From IMG/VR virus record IMGVR_UViG_3300035698_026801: a stretch of DNA of 64,000 nt; one strand, written 5' to 3'. A program made the translations under genes and the position numbers. Numbering within the stretch: position 1 is the stretch's first letter; each line of letters starts with the position of its first letter. The DNA comes from an uncultured virus (IMG/VR IMGVR_UViG_3300035698_026801). Its lineage: Duplodnaviria; Heunggongvirae; Uroviricota; Caudoviricetes. The notes beneath the pieces are model-generated. The model saw only the letters and a program-made list of their open reading frames with translations, did not search any database and was not told where the DNA came from. Of this stretch, positions 21,509 through 30,571 are shown piece after piece.

Positions 21509-21963
21509 TTGGGTGCCGCCTCATGTATTTTATTGCGTGATCTTTTGCTTGTTTTTTAGTTTTAAAAGTTGAGTATTCCATTGTTACGCTATAAAATGTT
21601 CTCAAATATTCATATACGCTTCTATGTGTAATTTTAATTGTTACATCTCCATTTTCCCAAATATCTTCTATCCAACTAAAACTTTTTGGGTGTGGTTGGT
21701 GTGTTATTCTTGCTTTTTTCCAACCTTTTATTTTACCCATTTGGATGCGACCTCATGTACTTCATTGCATAAGCAAGAGCTATCTTTTTAGTATTGAATC
21801 GTAACGTATCTTTCTTAGTTCCTACAAGATATTCTTCTCTATCAGGAACAACTTGCACAGTTCCATTCTTTGCAAAATTAGTCGTATTAAACCATTGAAT
21901 ATTATTCAATGTTGAATACTTCCATTTCTTCCAACCTTTGATTTTTCCCATTTTTATTTCACC

Positions 21964-22332
21964 TTAATAGGCCCCTTTTATACGAGGAATATCTTCATAA
22001 TCTTCCCATTTTTCTTTCTTAACTGTAATTAATTCCCCTGTTCTTGCATAATGCTCTTTAAACTGGTTCCTTGCCTCATGGGCATTTTCTGCAACAATTA
22101 TTACGCCCACATTCGAATCATATTTCTTATTATAACTTTCACAAGCATAAATATATAATTTTGTTGTCTTTCGTGGATGATTTTGTAACCACTTTCGTGC
22201 TTGAGATTTATTCTCAAATGTTGGAGACGCACGAGTCATTGTGGTGCCATAATAATATTCATACGGTCCACCTTGAAAAGATAAGCTTCGTAAACTTCTT
22301 TTCATTTGTCTTATATCATTTTTTGTTGGCAT
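21964..22332 (-). CDS. Hypothetical protein
   Basis: ORF coupled within the array. Confidence 0.6.
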   Translation of the reverse strand: MPTKNDIRQMKRSLRSLSFQGGPYEYYYGTTMTRASPTFENKSQARKWLQNHPRKTTKLYIYACESYNKKYDSNVGVIIVAENAHEARNQFKEHYARTGELITVKKEKWEDYEDIPRIKGAY

Positions 22333-22584
22333 TTTTAACCTCTTGGGTGATCCCTCATAAATTCTCTAGCAACTCTTATTGCATCTTTTTTAGAACCATT
22401 ATAATAATTTGATTTTCTCCACTCATATTTAAAATCGCCAACTTCTTTACCGATATCTATAACCCAATTGCCACGGGACCAATTCTGAACACCTATTACT
22501 TTTTGTGAATTATCATAACCATACACAATTATGCCCTTGGCTTCGATTAATTTTGACCAATTTTTGATTTTTCCCATTTTTAAC

Positions 22585-22740
22585 CTATTTTACTTTTGCG
22601 CGATATATTTTATTTCTCAATTCTATAGACTCTGTATAACTTAAATGTGTAAAATTTTGTAATCTCGCACTACCTTGATTTTCGATAAGCAACCTTTCAA
22701 TCGCTTCGATTTCATTCATTTTAAAACTTACATTTACCAT
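22585..22740 (-). CDS. 51-aa ORF (MVNVSFKMNE...), first gene of the array transcript
   Basis: Manual translation; directly follows promoter copy 1. Confidence 0.5.
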   Translation of the reverse strand: MVNVSFKMNEIEAIERLLIENQGSARLQNFTHLSYTESIELRNKIYRAKVK

Positions 22741-22807
22741 TTTTAACCTTAAAGCTAAATCGCTTTAGATATATTTACTTTTCTTTATTTATATAGTTTT
22801 GCTTTTT
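22734..22807 (-). promoter_or_regulatory. Archaeal promoter plus leader, copy 1, at the strand switch
   Basis: 74-bp exact repeat of 13462-13535; TATATAAA. Confidence 0.8.
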
Positions 22808-22907
22808 TATCTGCTATGGGAACCTTTAAATGCCACCTCGCCCAATATATTACTAAGAAATCAGAAAACTGTTCGATTTTCATGAACAAAACAGAAGTGA
22901 TTCAAAA

Positions 22908-23213
22908 ATGACGGAAAAAAATAGTAAAAATCTAAAAGAGCGCGATAACATTGTTTATGTTGGTAAAAAAAGTTTGAACGATTACGTAACAGCCGTTATG
23001 ACCCAATTCGGTCACGGAGAAACAGAAGTTCTACTCAAAGCTCGCGGAATTAATATTGTAAAAGCGGTATCAGTATCCCAGGTATTACAAAATAATGTAG
23101 CTATGGGCGTAATTGAAAAGGACGCTAAAACTGGCACAGATATTCTTGAATCTGACACTGGTACGAAGCCATTACGTGTTTCTGTATTAACGATTTACCT
23201 GGAGCGAAAATGA
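22908..23213 (+). CDS. albA: Alba DNA/RNA-binding chromatin protein
   Basis: VYVGKK..NDYVTAV....EVLLKARG.NI.KAV...RVSVLTIYL is the Alba signature. Confidence 0.85.
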   Translation: MTEKNSKNLKERDNIVYVGKKSLNDYVTAVMTQFGHGETEVLLKARGINIVKAVSVSQVLQNNVAMGVIEKDAKTGTDILESDTGTKPLRVSVLTIYLERK

Positions 23214-23505
23214 TATTTGAAAGGGAAACTCTGCGGCGAAGTTTGGCTATTTCTAGGGCGCAAGTTCTAAAAGATGCGCATAAAAATAAAGAAGATTGGT
23301 GGGCGGTTTTAGAAGCTGAAGAAGGTGTTAGTCGGAAACAAGTTCTAAATCGAATGAAAGATACAGAGGCCGATGATCGAAGTCTTCAAGGGTTGAAAAT
23401 GCGGGTTGTTGAGTGAGTTTTTTACTGTGTTTTAGTGGTTACAACCTATAAAGTATATTCTATAAAGTACAAGAGTATATAAACCTTCTAAAACAATAAA
23501 AGAGT

Positions 23506-23715
23506 ATGACTTCTAACATAATTGAGAAGACGCGAAAAAACACTTATAATATTGGAGGTTCAACGGGTGTAATTATTCCTTCTGGTTGGCTTCAAGAAAT
23601 AAGTGTCAATGACGAGACCGAGATAACACTCGCTCTGATGGAAAGTCCTAAACACGGAAAGTATATAGCAATTTGGAATCAGGCAACACAAACAAAAAAT
23701 AAGGGAAAATTGTGA
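23506..23715 (+). CDS. AbrB/SpoVT-type DNA-binding protein
   Basis: RK..NIGGSTGVIIPSGWL. Confidence 0.65.
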   Translation: MTSNIIEKTRKNTYNIGGSTGVIIPSGWLQEISVNDETEITLALMESPKHGKYIAIWNQATQTKNKGKL

Positions 23716-23724
23716 GGTGATAAA

Positions 23725-23973
23725 ATGACCACAATATCTTTTGAAGAACATCAAGAGTTTGGTAGAATATGTAGAATTATGAACAACAGACTTGTTGATA
23801 TGGTGTGCGATCGAATAAGATTCCCAACGAAAAAGGCTATGCACAGTTCTCACGAATCTAAATCTCTTAAGTTATTAACAGAACTTAGAAGTCGTATGGA
23901 AGAAATAATGTTTAAAGACCACCTTGATTTATCTACAACAAAGATATATTATGGGGGTTTACCCGATGAATAA
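23725..23973 (+). CDS. Hypothetical protein
   Basis: GAGGTGA SD; overlaps the start of the primase gene. Confidence 0.6.
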   Translation: MTTISFEEHQEFGRICRIMNNRLVDMVCDRIRFPTKKAMHSSHESKSLKLLTELRSRMEEIMFKDHLDLSTTKIYYGGLPDE

Positions 23974-26900
23974 CGGTGGTTTGACGAAAACTAAGCCAGA
24001 AGAATTCTTAACCTGGTATGATTTACTAATGCGAAACGCACCTGAAGGATATACCCCGTGGTTATTTCCAGTTCAAGACAATAAGGCCCCAGATCCGTTA
24101 GCCATTATGAATCAAGCAAAAGATTTGTCTTCTTGTTGTAATGCCTCATGGATTAAAAAAGATAAGATTATCTGTGAAAAATGCGGAATAACAAAAGGAT
24201 CTTGGAAAGCATCACATGCAAGATTAACAAAAGAAGAAGCTTATGAAAGATTAAAAACAGGCAAAAATATTGGTATATCTAGCAGATCTTGGGATCCACT
24301 CGTAATTGTTGATGTGGACAATTTTAAATATGTTAATCAATTAAAACCGACACTTATTGTTAAATCTAGAAAAAGGGCCGGGAGGCACGCGTTTTACTGG
24401 GTGCATGAAGATGAAAAAATCCTGCCTTGTAATCTACCAACAGAAGACGGTGAAATAAGATCCGATGACCAGTACGTTGTTTGTGCCGGTTCTTATTGCC
24501 AAACTTCTGAAAGTGATATTACCTCAATGGTTGAAAAAAAAGAAATAACGAAAGAACAATCCGATGAATTTCTATTGGACCCAGATTTAGGTGTATATTC
24601 TGTATTAAATCCAATTGCACCTACAAAAATCTTGTTTAATGAGTTACCAAAGATTTTTATTGAGCAGTATGAATCGAACAAAATCGACCAAGAAACTGCA
24701 AAACAACAAAGTTTAAATAAAGTTATTAAAGAGTCAAACGGCGAAACTTCTGCATTATTTAATCTTAAAATAGAAGATGTTGTATCGTATGGTTATGATT
24801 CTAGAGACGCACACCCGCTTCATAATTCTGAAACAGGAGCAAACTTTTCAGTATCTAAAAATGGGGTGGCGCATTGTTGGAGACACTGTGTTTCATTAAA
24901 TGCTATACAATACCTTGTAGTTAAAAGCGGGTATATGAATTGTCAAGAAGCCGGAACGGGGCATACTGGTGGTGGTGCTGGCCCATCTAAAATTATTAAT
25001 GATGATGGATCCATATTCCACGCTTGGTTGGAAGCTAAAAAAGACGGGCTTATTTCTGAAGAGGACCATGTGCCAATAAGAGGTTTAGATTATATTGCAA
25101 ATAAAATTGGTATTTCTAAAAATGATAAAGAATTGTACTCTTCTGAAGATTATAATAAAATTTTAGATAACATCAGAAAAAAATATGGGATTAGTCCCGG
25201 AAGAACTAAAGCTAAACCCAAACCAAAAAAGAAACCAAGCACAGAAGATAATAAAGCTACCCGTTTGGCTGAATTTGCAATGGATCAAAGCTATTTATTT
25301 CATGATCAACACAATGCGCCTTTTGCGAAATTAGACTTTGAAGATCATTCTGAGGTTTGGCCATTAAAAAGTAAACATTTCAGAAGATGGTTGGCAAAAA
25401 TATTTTGGGAGTTAGAAAAGGACGCAATAAGCTCTACTACAATTGCTTCCACAATAAACCTTTTAGAGTCTCACGCCTGTTTTAAAGGTGAATTACATAA
25501 ACTTCACAATCGAGTAGCTTGGCACGAAGATTGTATTTGGTATGATTTAACTGATCCATTATGGCGCTGCGTTAAAATATGTAAAACTGGATGGGAAATT
25601 GTAGAGAAGCCCCCAATACTTTTTAGAAGATATCAACATCAAAAACCACAAGCCGAACCAACTAATGGTTCTGATTTAACTAACATGTGGCAGTATTTAA
25701 ATATTTATGATGAAGACATGAAAAAAATAATATTACCATATATTATAACCATGTTTGTTCCAGATATACCACACCCTATTTTAGTGTTATATGGATCACA
25801 AGGCAGTGCAAAAAGCACAGCATTTAAATTAATTAAATCTTTAGTGGATCCTAGCTCATTAGAAAACTTAACACTGCCTGAAAGTGATTCTGATTTAATT
25901 CAAAAACTTACACATCATTGGGTTCCTTTCTTTGATAATATTTCTTATATATCACCAGCAGGTAGCAATACTTTATGTAGGGCTGCCACGGGGGGTGGGT
26001 TTAGCAAACGTGAATTATACACAGATGATGAAGATGTAATATTTAATTTCAGGCGATGTGTGGGATTAAATGGGATCAACTGTGTGGCACAAAAACCAGA
26101 TTTACTTGATAGATCTATATTAGTAGAACTTGATAGAATCAAAAAAGAAAATAGACTAAGTGAAAAAGAAGTTGTTGATAACTTTGAAGCAGAAAAAGGA
26201 AGTTATCTAGGTAAAATATTCACTTTGTTGTCTAAAACTCTAAAAATAAAAGACGACATACACTTAAGTCTACTGCCAAGGATGGCTGATTTTGCAATCT
26301 GGGGGGAGGCTGTATCTGAGGTTATGGAACTAAAAAAAGGACTTTTCCTTTCAACCTATTTTAAAAATATTGGAAAGCAACACTCTGAAGCAATAGAAGG
26401 GACCGTATTTGGTCCGGCATTAATAGAATTTATGGAAAATAATCCCGATTGGATTGGTACGGCCAGTGAACTGCTTACAAAATTAACTGAAATTGCTGAA
26501 GAGTTAAAAATAAATACAGAAGTTAAGGGGTGGCCAAAAGCGCCAAATTCCTTGAAAAGAAAATTAAATGAATTAAAAACCAATTTGGAAGAAATTGGAA
26601 TTGAATATGGTGAAGATAGATCAGGGAAACAAAGAAGGATTATTTTGAAGAAAATTAAAATTAAAGATGCTGAAATTGGTGTAAAAAAAGAAGTTGACGA
26701 TGAAAATAATAGCCCTGAAAATGTGCCTGCGCTAAAAAAGTTTGATAATATTAATGAATTACAAAAATTCATTACCAACCCTCCAAAAAATGACGATGAA
26801 ATTATAGATTTTACGGTTGAAAAGTTTTTAAATTACATTTCGTCAAGTGTTAATGAACTTGGAGTAACGTCCCTTGAACTCACAAAAGAATTTGGGCCTA

Positions 26901-26980
26901 ATGCAGATCAGGCCATAAAAGATTTATTGGCTAGTGGTGACTTATATGCTCCTAAACCTGGTTATGTTAAAAAGCTGTAG
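23966..26980 (+). CDS. Replication protein: Prim-Pol-type primase/polymerase fused to a P-loop helicase-like ATPase
   Basis: IVDVD, GRHAFY and EIR...YVVCAGS (AEP/Prim-Pol motifs); HPLH...HCWRH putative zinc site; Walker A GSQGSAKST; FFDN; DLLDRS. Confidence 0.8.
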   Translation: MNNGGLTKTKPEEFLTWYDLLMRNAPEGYTPWLFPVQDNKAPDPLAIMNQAKDLSSCCNASWIKKDKIICEKCGITKGSWKASHARLTKEEAYERLKTGKNIGISSRSWDPLVIVDVDNFKYVNQLKPTLIVKSRKRAGRHAFYWVHEDEKILPCNLPTEDGEIRSDDQYVVCAGSYCQTSESDITSMVEKKEITKEQSDEFLLDPDLGVYSVLNPIAPTKILFNELPKIFIEQYESNKIDQETAKQQSLNKVIKESNGETSALFNLKIEDVVSYGYDSRDAHPLHNSETGANFSVSKNGVAHCWRHCVSLNAIQYLVVKSGYMNCQEAGTGHTGGGAGPSKIINDDGSIFHAWLEAKKDGLISEEDHVPIRGLDYIANKIGISKNDKELYSSEDYNKILDNIRKKYGISPGRTKAKPKPKKKPSTEDNKATRLAEFAMDQSYLFHDQHNAPFAKLDFEDHSEVWPLKSKHFRRWLAKIFWELEKDAISSTTIASTINLLESHACFKGELHKLHNRVAWHEDCIWYDLTDPLWRCVKICKTGWEIVEKPPILFRRYQHQKPQAEPTNGSDLTNMWQYLNIYDEDMKKIILPYIITMFVPDIPHPILVLYGSQGSAKSTAFKLIKSLVDPSSLENLTLPESDSDLIQKLTHHWVPFFDNISYISPAGSNTLCRAATGGGFSKRELYTDDEDVIFNFRRCVGLNGINCVAQKPDLLDRSILVELDRIKKENRLSEKEVVDNFEAEKGSYLGKIFTLLSKTLKIKDDIHLSLLPRMADFAIWGEAVSEVMELKKGLFLSTYFKNIGKQHSEAIEGTVFGPALIEFMENNPDWIGTASELLTKLTEIAEELKINTEVKGWPKAPNSLKRKLNELKTNLEEIGIEYGEDRSGKQRRIILKKIKIKDAEIGVKKEVDDENNSPENVPALKKFDNINELQKFITNPPKNDDEIIDFTVEKFLNYISSSVNELGVTSLELTKEFGPNADQAIKDLLASGDLYAPKPGYVKKL

Positions 26981-27009
26981 TTTTCTTTCTGAAAATTAAA
27001 AATATGGTC

Positions 27010-27332
27010 CAATGACGATACTTGCACCAAAAAATGACGGTATTTCAAATATATCGTCATTAGTGAGCTAAGCGTCAAATGACGATATGACGATTGTGAC
27101 GATGATTCTGGTGCCTTCTATCTTGGGGGTGGTACTCTGGTGTGTGTGTATACTCTACCCCTCTATATATATATTCTAATCTAAACTTTCAGAGATAAAC
27201 CGTCATTGTCGTCATTGGCTTAAAAACTTTTTTATTTGCCCCTCTTTTTAAGTTTAAAGGATTTTTAGGCTTCCGATAGGGTGACGATAATATCGTCATT
27301 AATTGCCGTTTTAGATTAATATATCGTCATTG
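27010..27332. repeat. Cluster of direct and inverted (A/G)TGACG(A/G) motifs; putative replication origin
   Basis: About 11 copies of TGACG/CGTCA in non-coding DNA right after the primase-helicase gene. Confidence 0.65.
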
Positions 27333-27460
27333 AAAACCCAAAATATAACCGAAAATCTTACTATGGTGAGGGTTTTAGTGATAAAAGTTTTACTATGTTG
27401 AGGTTTTTAGTAAAAAGAGAGATTATATTTATAAATGGACGACACCAATATTGAAGTAAT

Positions 27461-27658
27461 ATGACGGACGACACACAAAAAGAAAAGAAAAATACAAGGT
27501 GGGATATAAGGGCCACGACACACAAATCAGGGTGGATTAAGAAAACAGTTCTTGTAAAGTTGATAGCCATAAAAAAAGAACGCCGCCTGAGATCTAATAG
27601 CGCAACAATAGATTGGTTAATTAATTATTATAATAAAAATCATAAGGAGATGGAATGA
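27461..27658 (+). CDS. Small putative ribbon-helix-helix regulator
   Basis: Basic; SNSATIDWLI helix pattern; TTTATAAA upstream. Confidence 0.45.
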   Translation: MTDDTQKEKKNTRWDIRATTHKSGWIKKTVLVKLIAIKKERRLRSNSATIDWLINYYNKNHKEME

Positions 27659-28287
27659 AACTAGAAGAAATTAGCGAAGAAGAATTTAACGCGATCCGTA
27701 AAGCAAAAGCTAATTTTAACAGTGATAAATACCATCTGGAACACAAAGAAGAAATTAATCTTCGTAAAAGAATGGCGTACGCTGAAAATCCAGAAAAAAA
27801 TAGTGAAAGATGTAAAATATATCGCGAAAATCATAAGGAAGAAATCAGGGCACTTTCTAAAAGGTACTATAAAGAAAATTTAGAGAAAGCAAAAATGGCT
27901 CACAAAAAATGGAATTCTGAAAATAGAGATAAAATCAACACCCATATTAGCAAACGACATAAAACTGATCCAGTTTTTGCTATTAAAACAAGATTGCGAG
28001 CAAGACTTTCCGCCGCATTCTCACACTATATTAAAACAGGGAAAACTATGGAAGCGAAAATGATGGGTATAGATTATAATGCAATTATAGAGCATCTAAA
28101 ACCATTCCCAAAAAATTTAAGTGAATACCAAATTGATCATGTGAAACCCCTGGCGGCATTTTCTTTGTGTAATAAAGATGGATCCGAGAATCTAGAAGAA
28201 ATAAAAAAAGCATTCGCACCAGAAAACCATCAATGGCTTACAATTGAAGAAAATAAGATCAAGGGAGCTAAATGGGATTTGCCATAA
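27655..28287 (+). CDS. HNH-family endonuclease
   Basis: Basic repeats then YQIDHVKPL...NHQWLTIEENKIKG. Confidence 0.7.
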   Translation: MKLEEISEEEFNAIRKAKANFNSDKYHLEHKEEINLRKRMAYAENPEKNSERCKIYRENHKEEIRALSKRYYKENLEKAKMAHKKWNSENRDKINTHISKRHKTDPVFAIKTRLRARLSAAFSHYIKTGKTMEAKMMGIDYNAIIEHLKPFPKNLSEYQIDHVKPLAAFSLCNKDGSENLEEIKKAFAPENHQWLTIEENKIKGAKWDLP

Positions 28288-28448
28288 TTGTCATCAATAC
28301 CGTCATTTCTGGATAAGAAATATAAATAATTTAATTGGCATGTAATTTAGTTAGATAGTTAACTTGAATATAATTTAGTACAAATTCCCATACAAATATG
28401 TCTAAAATCACAGCCCCTCACGATCCCTCGTAAATATTCCACTTATCT

Positions 28449-28760
28449 ATACTTTTATATAGTAATTAGTACAAATTACTATACAAGATGATCATAAATC
28501 GAACGTTTAAATGCCCTAAATGCAAATTAGTACAAACTAGTGAGGAACTTAGATCCAAATTTGGCGCGCTTTTAGGCAAAAACGGAGTTGTAGATAAAGA
28601 TTTCTATATGTTGTTGATATCAGAATTACAGAAGTTTACACCCATTATCTCTTGTGAATGTTCCAAAAACCGTGAGAATATCTTAGAAGTTGTTGTCACT
28701 GTTACAAGATAATATCTGGTTAAACACATACTTTTATATAGTAATTCGTACTAATTAGTA
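28449..28760 (+). promoter_or_regulatory. Two near-identical promoters with overlapping palindromic operator (28449-28478 and 28728-28758)
   Basis: ATACTTTTATATAGTAATT(A/C)GTAC(A/T)AATT in front of 28488 and 28785. Confidence 0.65.
28488..28712 (+). CDS. Small zinc-binding protein
   Basis: CPKC...CEC. Confidence 0.55.
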   Translation: MIINRTFKCPKCKLVQTSEELRSKFGALLGKNGVVDKDFYMLLISELQKFTPIISCECSKNRENILEVVVTVTR

Positions 28761-28784
28761 TTAAAGCGAAACGGTGAAAAACAC

Positions 28785-28994
28785 ATGCAAAAAGACATAA
28801 CAAAAGCAAAGGTCGGAGATATCATTTCTGACGAATCAATGTTGGGCGAGATATTATCTCCACCAGTCAAACTTATAAGCGTTAAATATGTTACCACTAA
28901 AACTTACACTTTGCAAGGAAAGAATGGCGTTAAAATGGAAGTTTGTGGAGACATAGAAATTCCAGATCCTGAAGAGTCAGATCCTCAGGACTAA
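28785..28994 (+). CDS. Hypothetical protein
   Basis: GGTGA SD; own promoter. Confidence 0.55.
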   Translation: MQKDITKAKVGDIISDESMLGEILSPPVKLISVKYVTTKTYTLQGKNGVKMEVCGDIEIPDPEESDPQD

Positions 28995-29240
28995 AATATA
29001 AAGGCATCATAAAATGTTATATTTAAATTTAGATGACGGAGCGATTTCCGGTACAGCAACGGCAGCAGACATTGCCAAGTACGGATTAATTGAGGCATCT
29101 AAATTACACAAAAATCAGTGATAAACATGAACTTTAACATTCCAGAAGAACATCCGGAAGATTCGGATAAAGACGAAGAAGAAACTTCAGAAGAGGATTA
29201 ATATTCCTTTTCATTTTTTTTCTTTTTTTAGGTGAATAAC

Positions 29241-29462
29241 ATGGCAGAACAAGCAAATCCTTACACAGACGAACTTAAAAAGTATCTTAAAGCAGATGTA
29301 ACTGTGCATTATCACGAAGGTGGCGATGTGAAAATAATGGAAGGAAACTTGCGCGGAATTAATTTTTCTACATTATCATGCGTTTTGATGACTGAGAATG
29401 AGAAATTCGTTATCAAAAACATCTCCAAAATTTCTCGAATTAGAGATAAGGTGGGTAGATAA
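29241..29462 (+). CDS. Possible Sm/Lsm-fold protein
   Basis: Helix, then VTV...EGNLRGIN....CVL....VI.NI..I. Confidence 0.4.
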   Translation: MAEQANPYTDELKKYLKADVTVHYHEGGDVKIMEGNLRGINFSTLSCVLMTENEKFVIKNISKISRIRDKVGR

Positions 29463-29464
29463 TA

Positions 29465-29755
29465 ATGGATAACGGCTTATGCACACTTTGTGGTCGCAGG
29501 AAATATATTCGTAGTTGGAAACGTGACGGATTAATTTACTCCATTTGTGATCATTGTAATAAAACAATATTACTTTCTTTAAAATCAAATTCAACACATG
29601 GAAACGGTCAATTTCATAAGATCCTAAAAGAATGTGTTCGAAGAAACGTAGCAGAACTTTTGGAATCTCCAGATTCTATATTGAATAATCACATTAAATT
29701 GGAAGTTCATAAACAGATTAAACTAGAAAAAGAGGGGTTTGAGTACGCAGGATAA
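29465..29755 (+). CDS. Zinc-finger protein
   Basis: CTLC...CDHC. Confidence 0.55.
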   Translation: MDNGLCTLCGRRKYIRSWKRDGLIYSICDHCNKTILLSLKSNSTHGNGQFHKILKECVRRNVAELLESPDSILNNHIKLEVHKQIKLEKEGFEYAG

Positions 29756-30258
29756 TGTCAATAATAAATTTTGATATAGAAACCACCGGGCTTTCATTTG
29801 CACAGAACAGAATAATTACGATTGGTTATCAAATTGACAACGAGCCAATAAAAATCATCGAAATCCGCAACGCCGACGAAGAAATAGAAAAGCTGCGCGC
29901 ATTTATTCATGTCTGCGAAAACAAAACGCTCGTTGGCTACAATATAAAAACTTTCGATATTCCGTTTATTTGCACGAGAATTGCAAAAGAATATCCTTTA
30001 TTAGTTGGCAATTTTTTGCTCCAAGCGAAACGCGCCATAGATTTAATGAATATTTTTCAATTCATGACTTATGCCAAATTCCAAAAATGCACAGATCTGG
30101 CACATTATTACGGGTATCCCCATCATGATGACAACGGCGCGGAAATGCCAGAACATTTTGAAGCTGGAAATTGGGATTTAATTATTCAACACCAACGGCG
30201 CGATATTGAACGAAACAGATTGTTGTATGATATTTATAGGAAGATGAGGTTGGAATGA
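29755..30258 (+). CDS. DEDD / RNase H-like 3'-5' exonuclease
   Basis: FDIETTGL, GYNIKTFDIPF, IDL, HQRRD. Confidence 0.85.
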   Translation: MSIINFDIETTGLSFAQNRIITIGYQIDNEPIKIIEIRNADEEIEKLRAFIHVCENKTLVGYNIKTFDIPFICTRIAKEYPLLVGNFLLQAKRAIDLMNIFQFMTYAKFQKCTDLAHYYGYPHHDDNGAEMPEHFEAGNWDLIIQHQRRDIERNRLLYDIYRKMRLE

Positions 30259-30512
30259 CAGAATATTACAAATATAAAATATTTGACAACTTAATTTTAT
30301 TCAAAGAACATCAAGTTCTTAGTGTAAGACAGATTGCTGAACTAGTAGGCGTTTCAGAACCAACAGTTTCAGAACAAGTTATACTTTTATCTATTTGGGG
30401 TCTTTTGCATAGAAAAAGAAATGGTAAAAAAATAGATATTACTTTGACAGAAAAGGGATATAATTTTCTAAAAAAGTATGTACCATTTAAAAAAGTTTTG
30501 GACGGTTTATAA
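30255..30512 (+). CDS. Winged-helix transcription regulator
   Basis: SVRQIAELVGVSEPTVS...ITLTEKG. Confidence 0.8.
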   Translation: MTEYYKYKIFDNLILFKEHQVLSVRQIAELVGVSEPTVSEQVILLSIWGLLHRKRNGKKIDITLTEKGYNFLKKYVPFKKVLDGL

Positions 30513-30571
30513 TGAATAAAAAATCACAACAAAAAACCGCATTAAAAATAACAATTGAGGAGGCAAGTTGA

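Larger units (their letters stand above)
12706..22577 (-). repeat. Dispersed and tandem array of ~15 paralogous microprotein genes (MGKIKGW...TKxxA...YMRxHP[R/N]G)
   Basis: Members: 12706-12918, 14167-14535, 14538-14807, 14810-15067, 15071-15322, 16331-16546, 19002-19319, 19386-19631, 19890-20111, 20104-20346, 20339-20608, 20612-20878, 21501-21740, 21733-21951, 22335-22577. Confidence 0.9.

Noticed and set aside
1000..22412. Plus-strand ORFs in the left arm (e.g. 5677..6186, 16964..17371, 17780..18067)
   Set aside because: Antisense shadows of tightly coupled minus-strand genes; their shared text comes from the micro-ORF repeat
12706..22577. CRISPR array
   Set aside because: The repeats are degenerate, irregularly spaced (200-300 nt) and protein-coding; no cas genes in the window
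12706..22577. Diversity-generating retroelement as the source of variation
   Set aside because: No reverse transcriptase seen, no template/variable repeat pair differing only at adenines, and the cores differ in length
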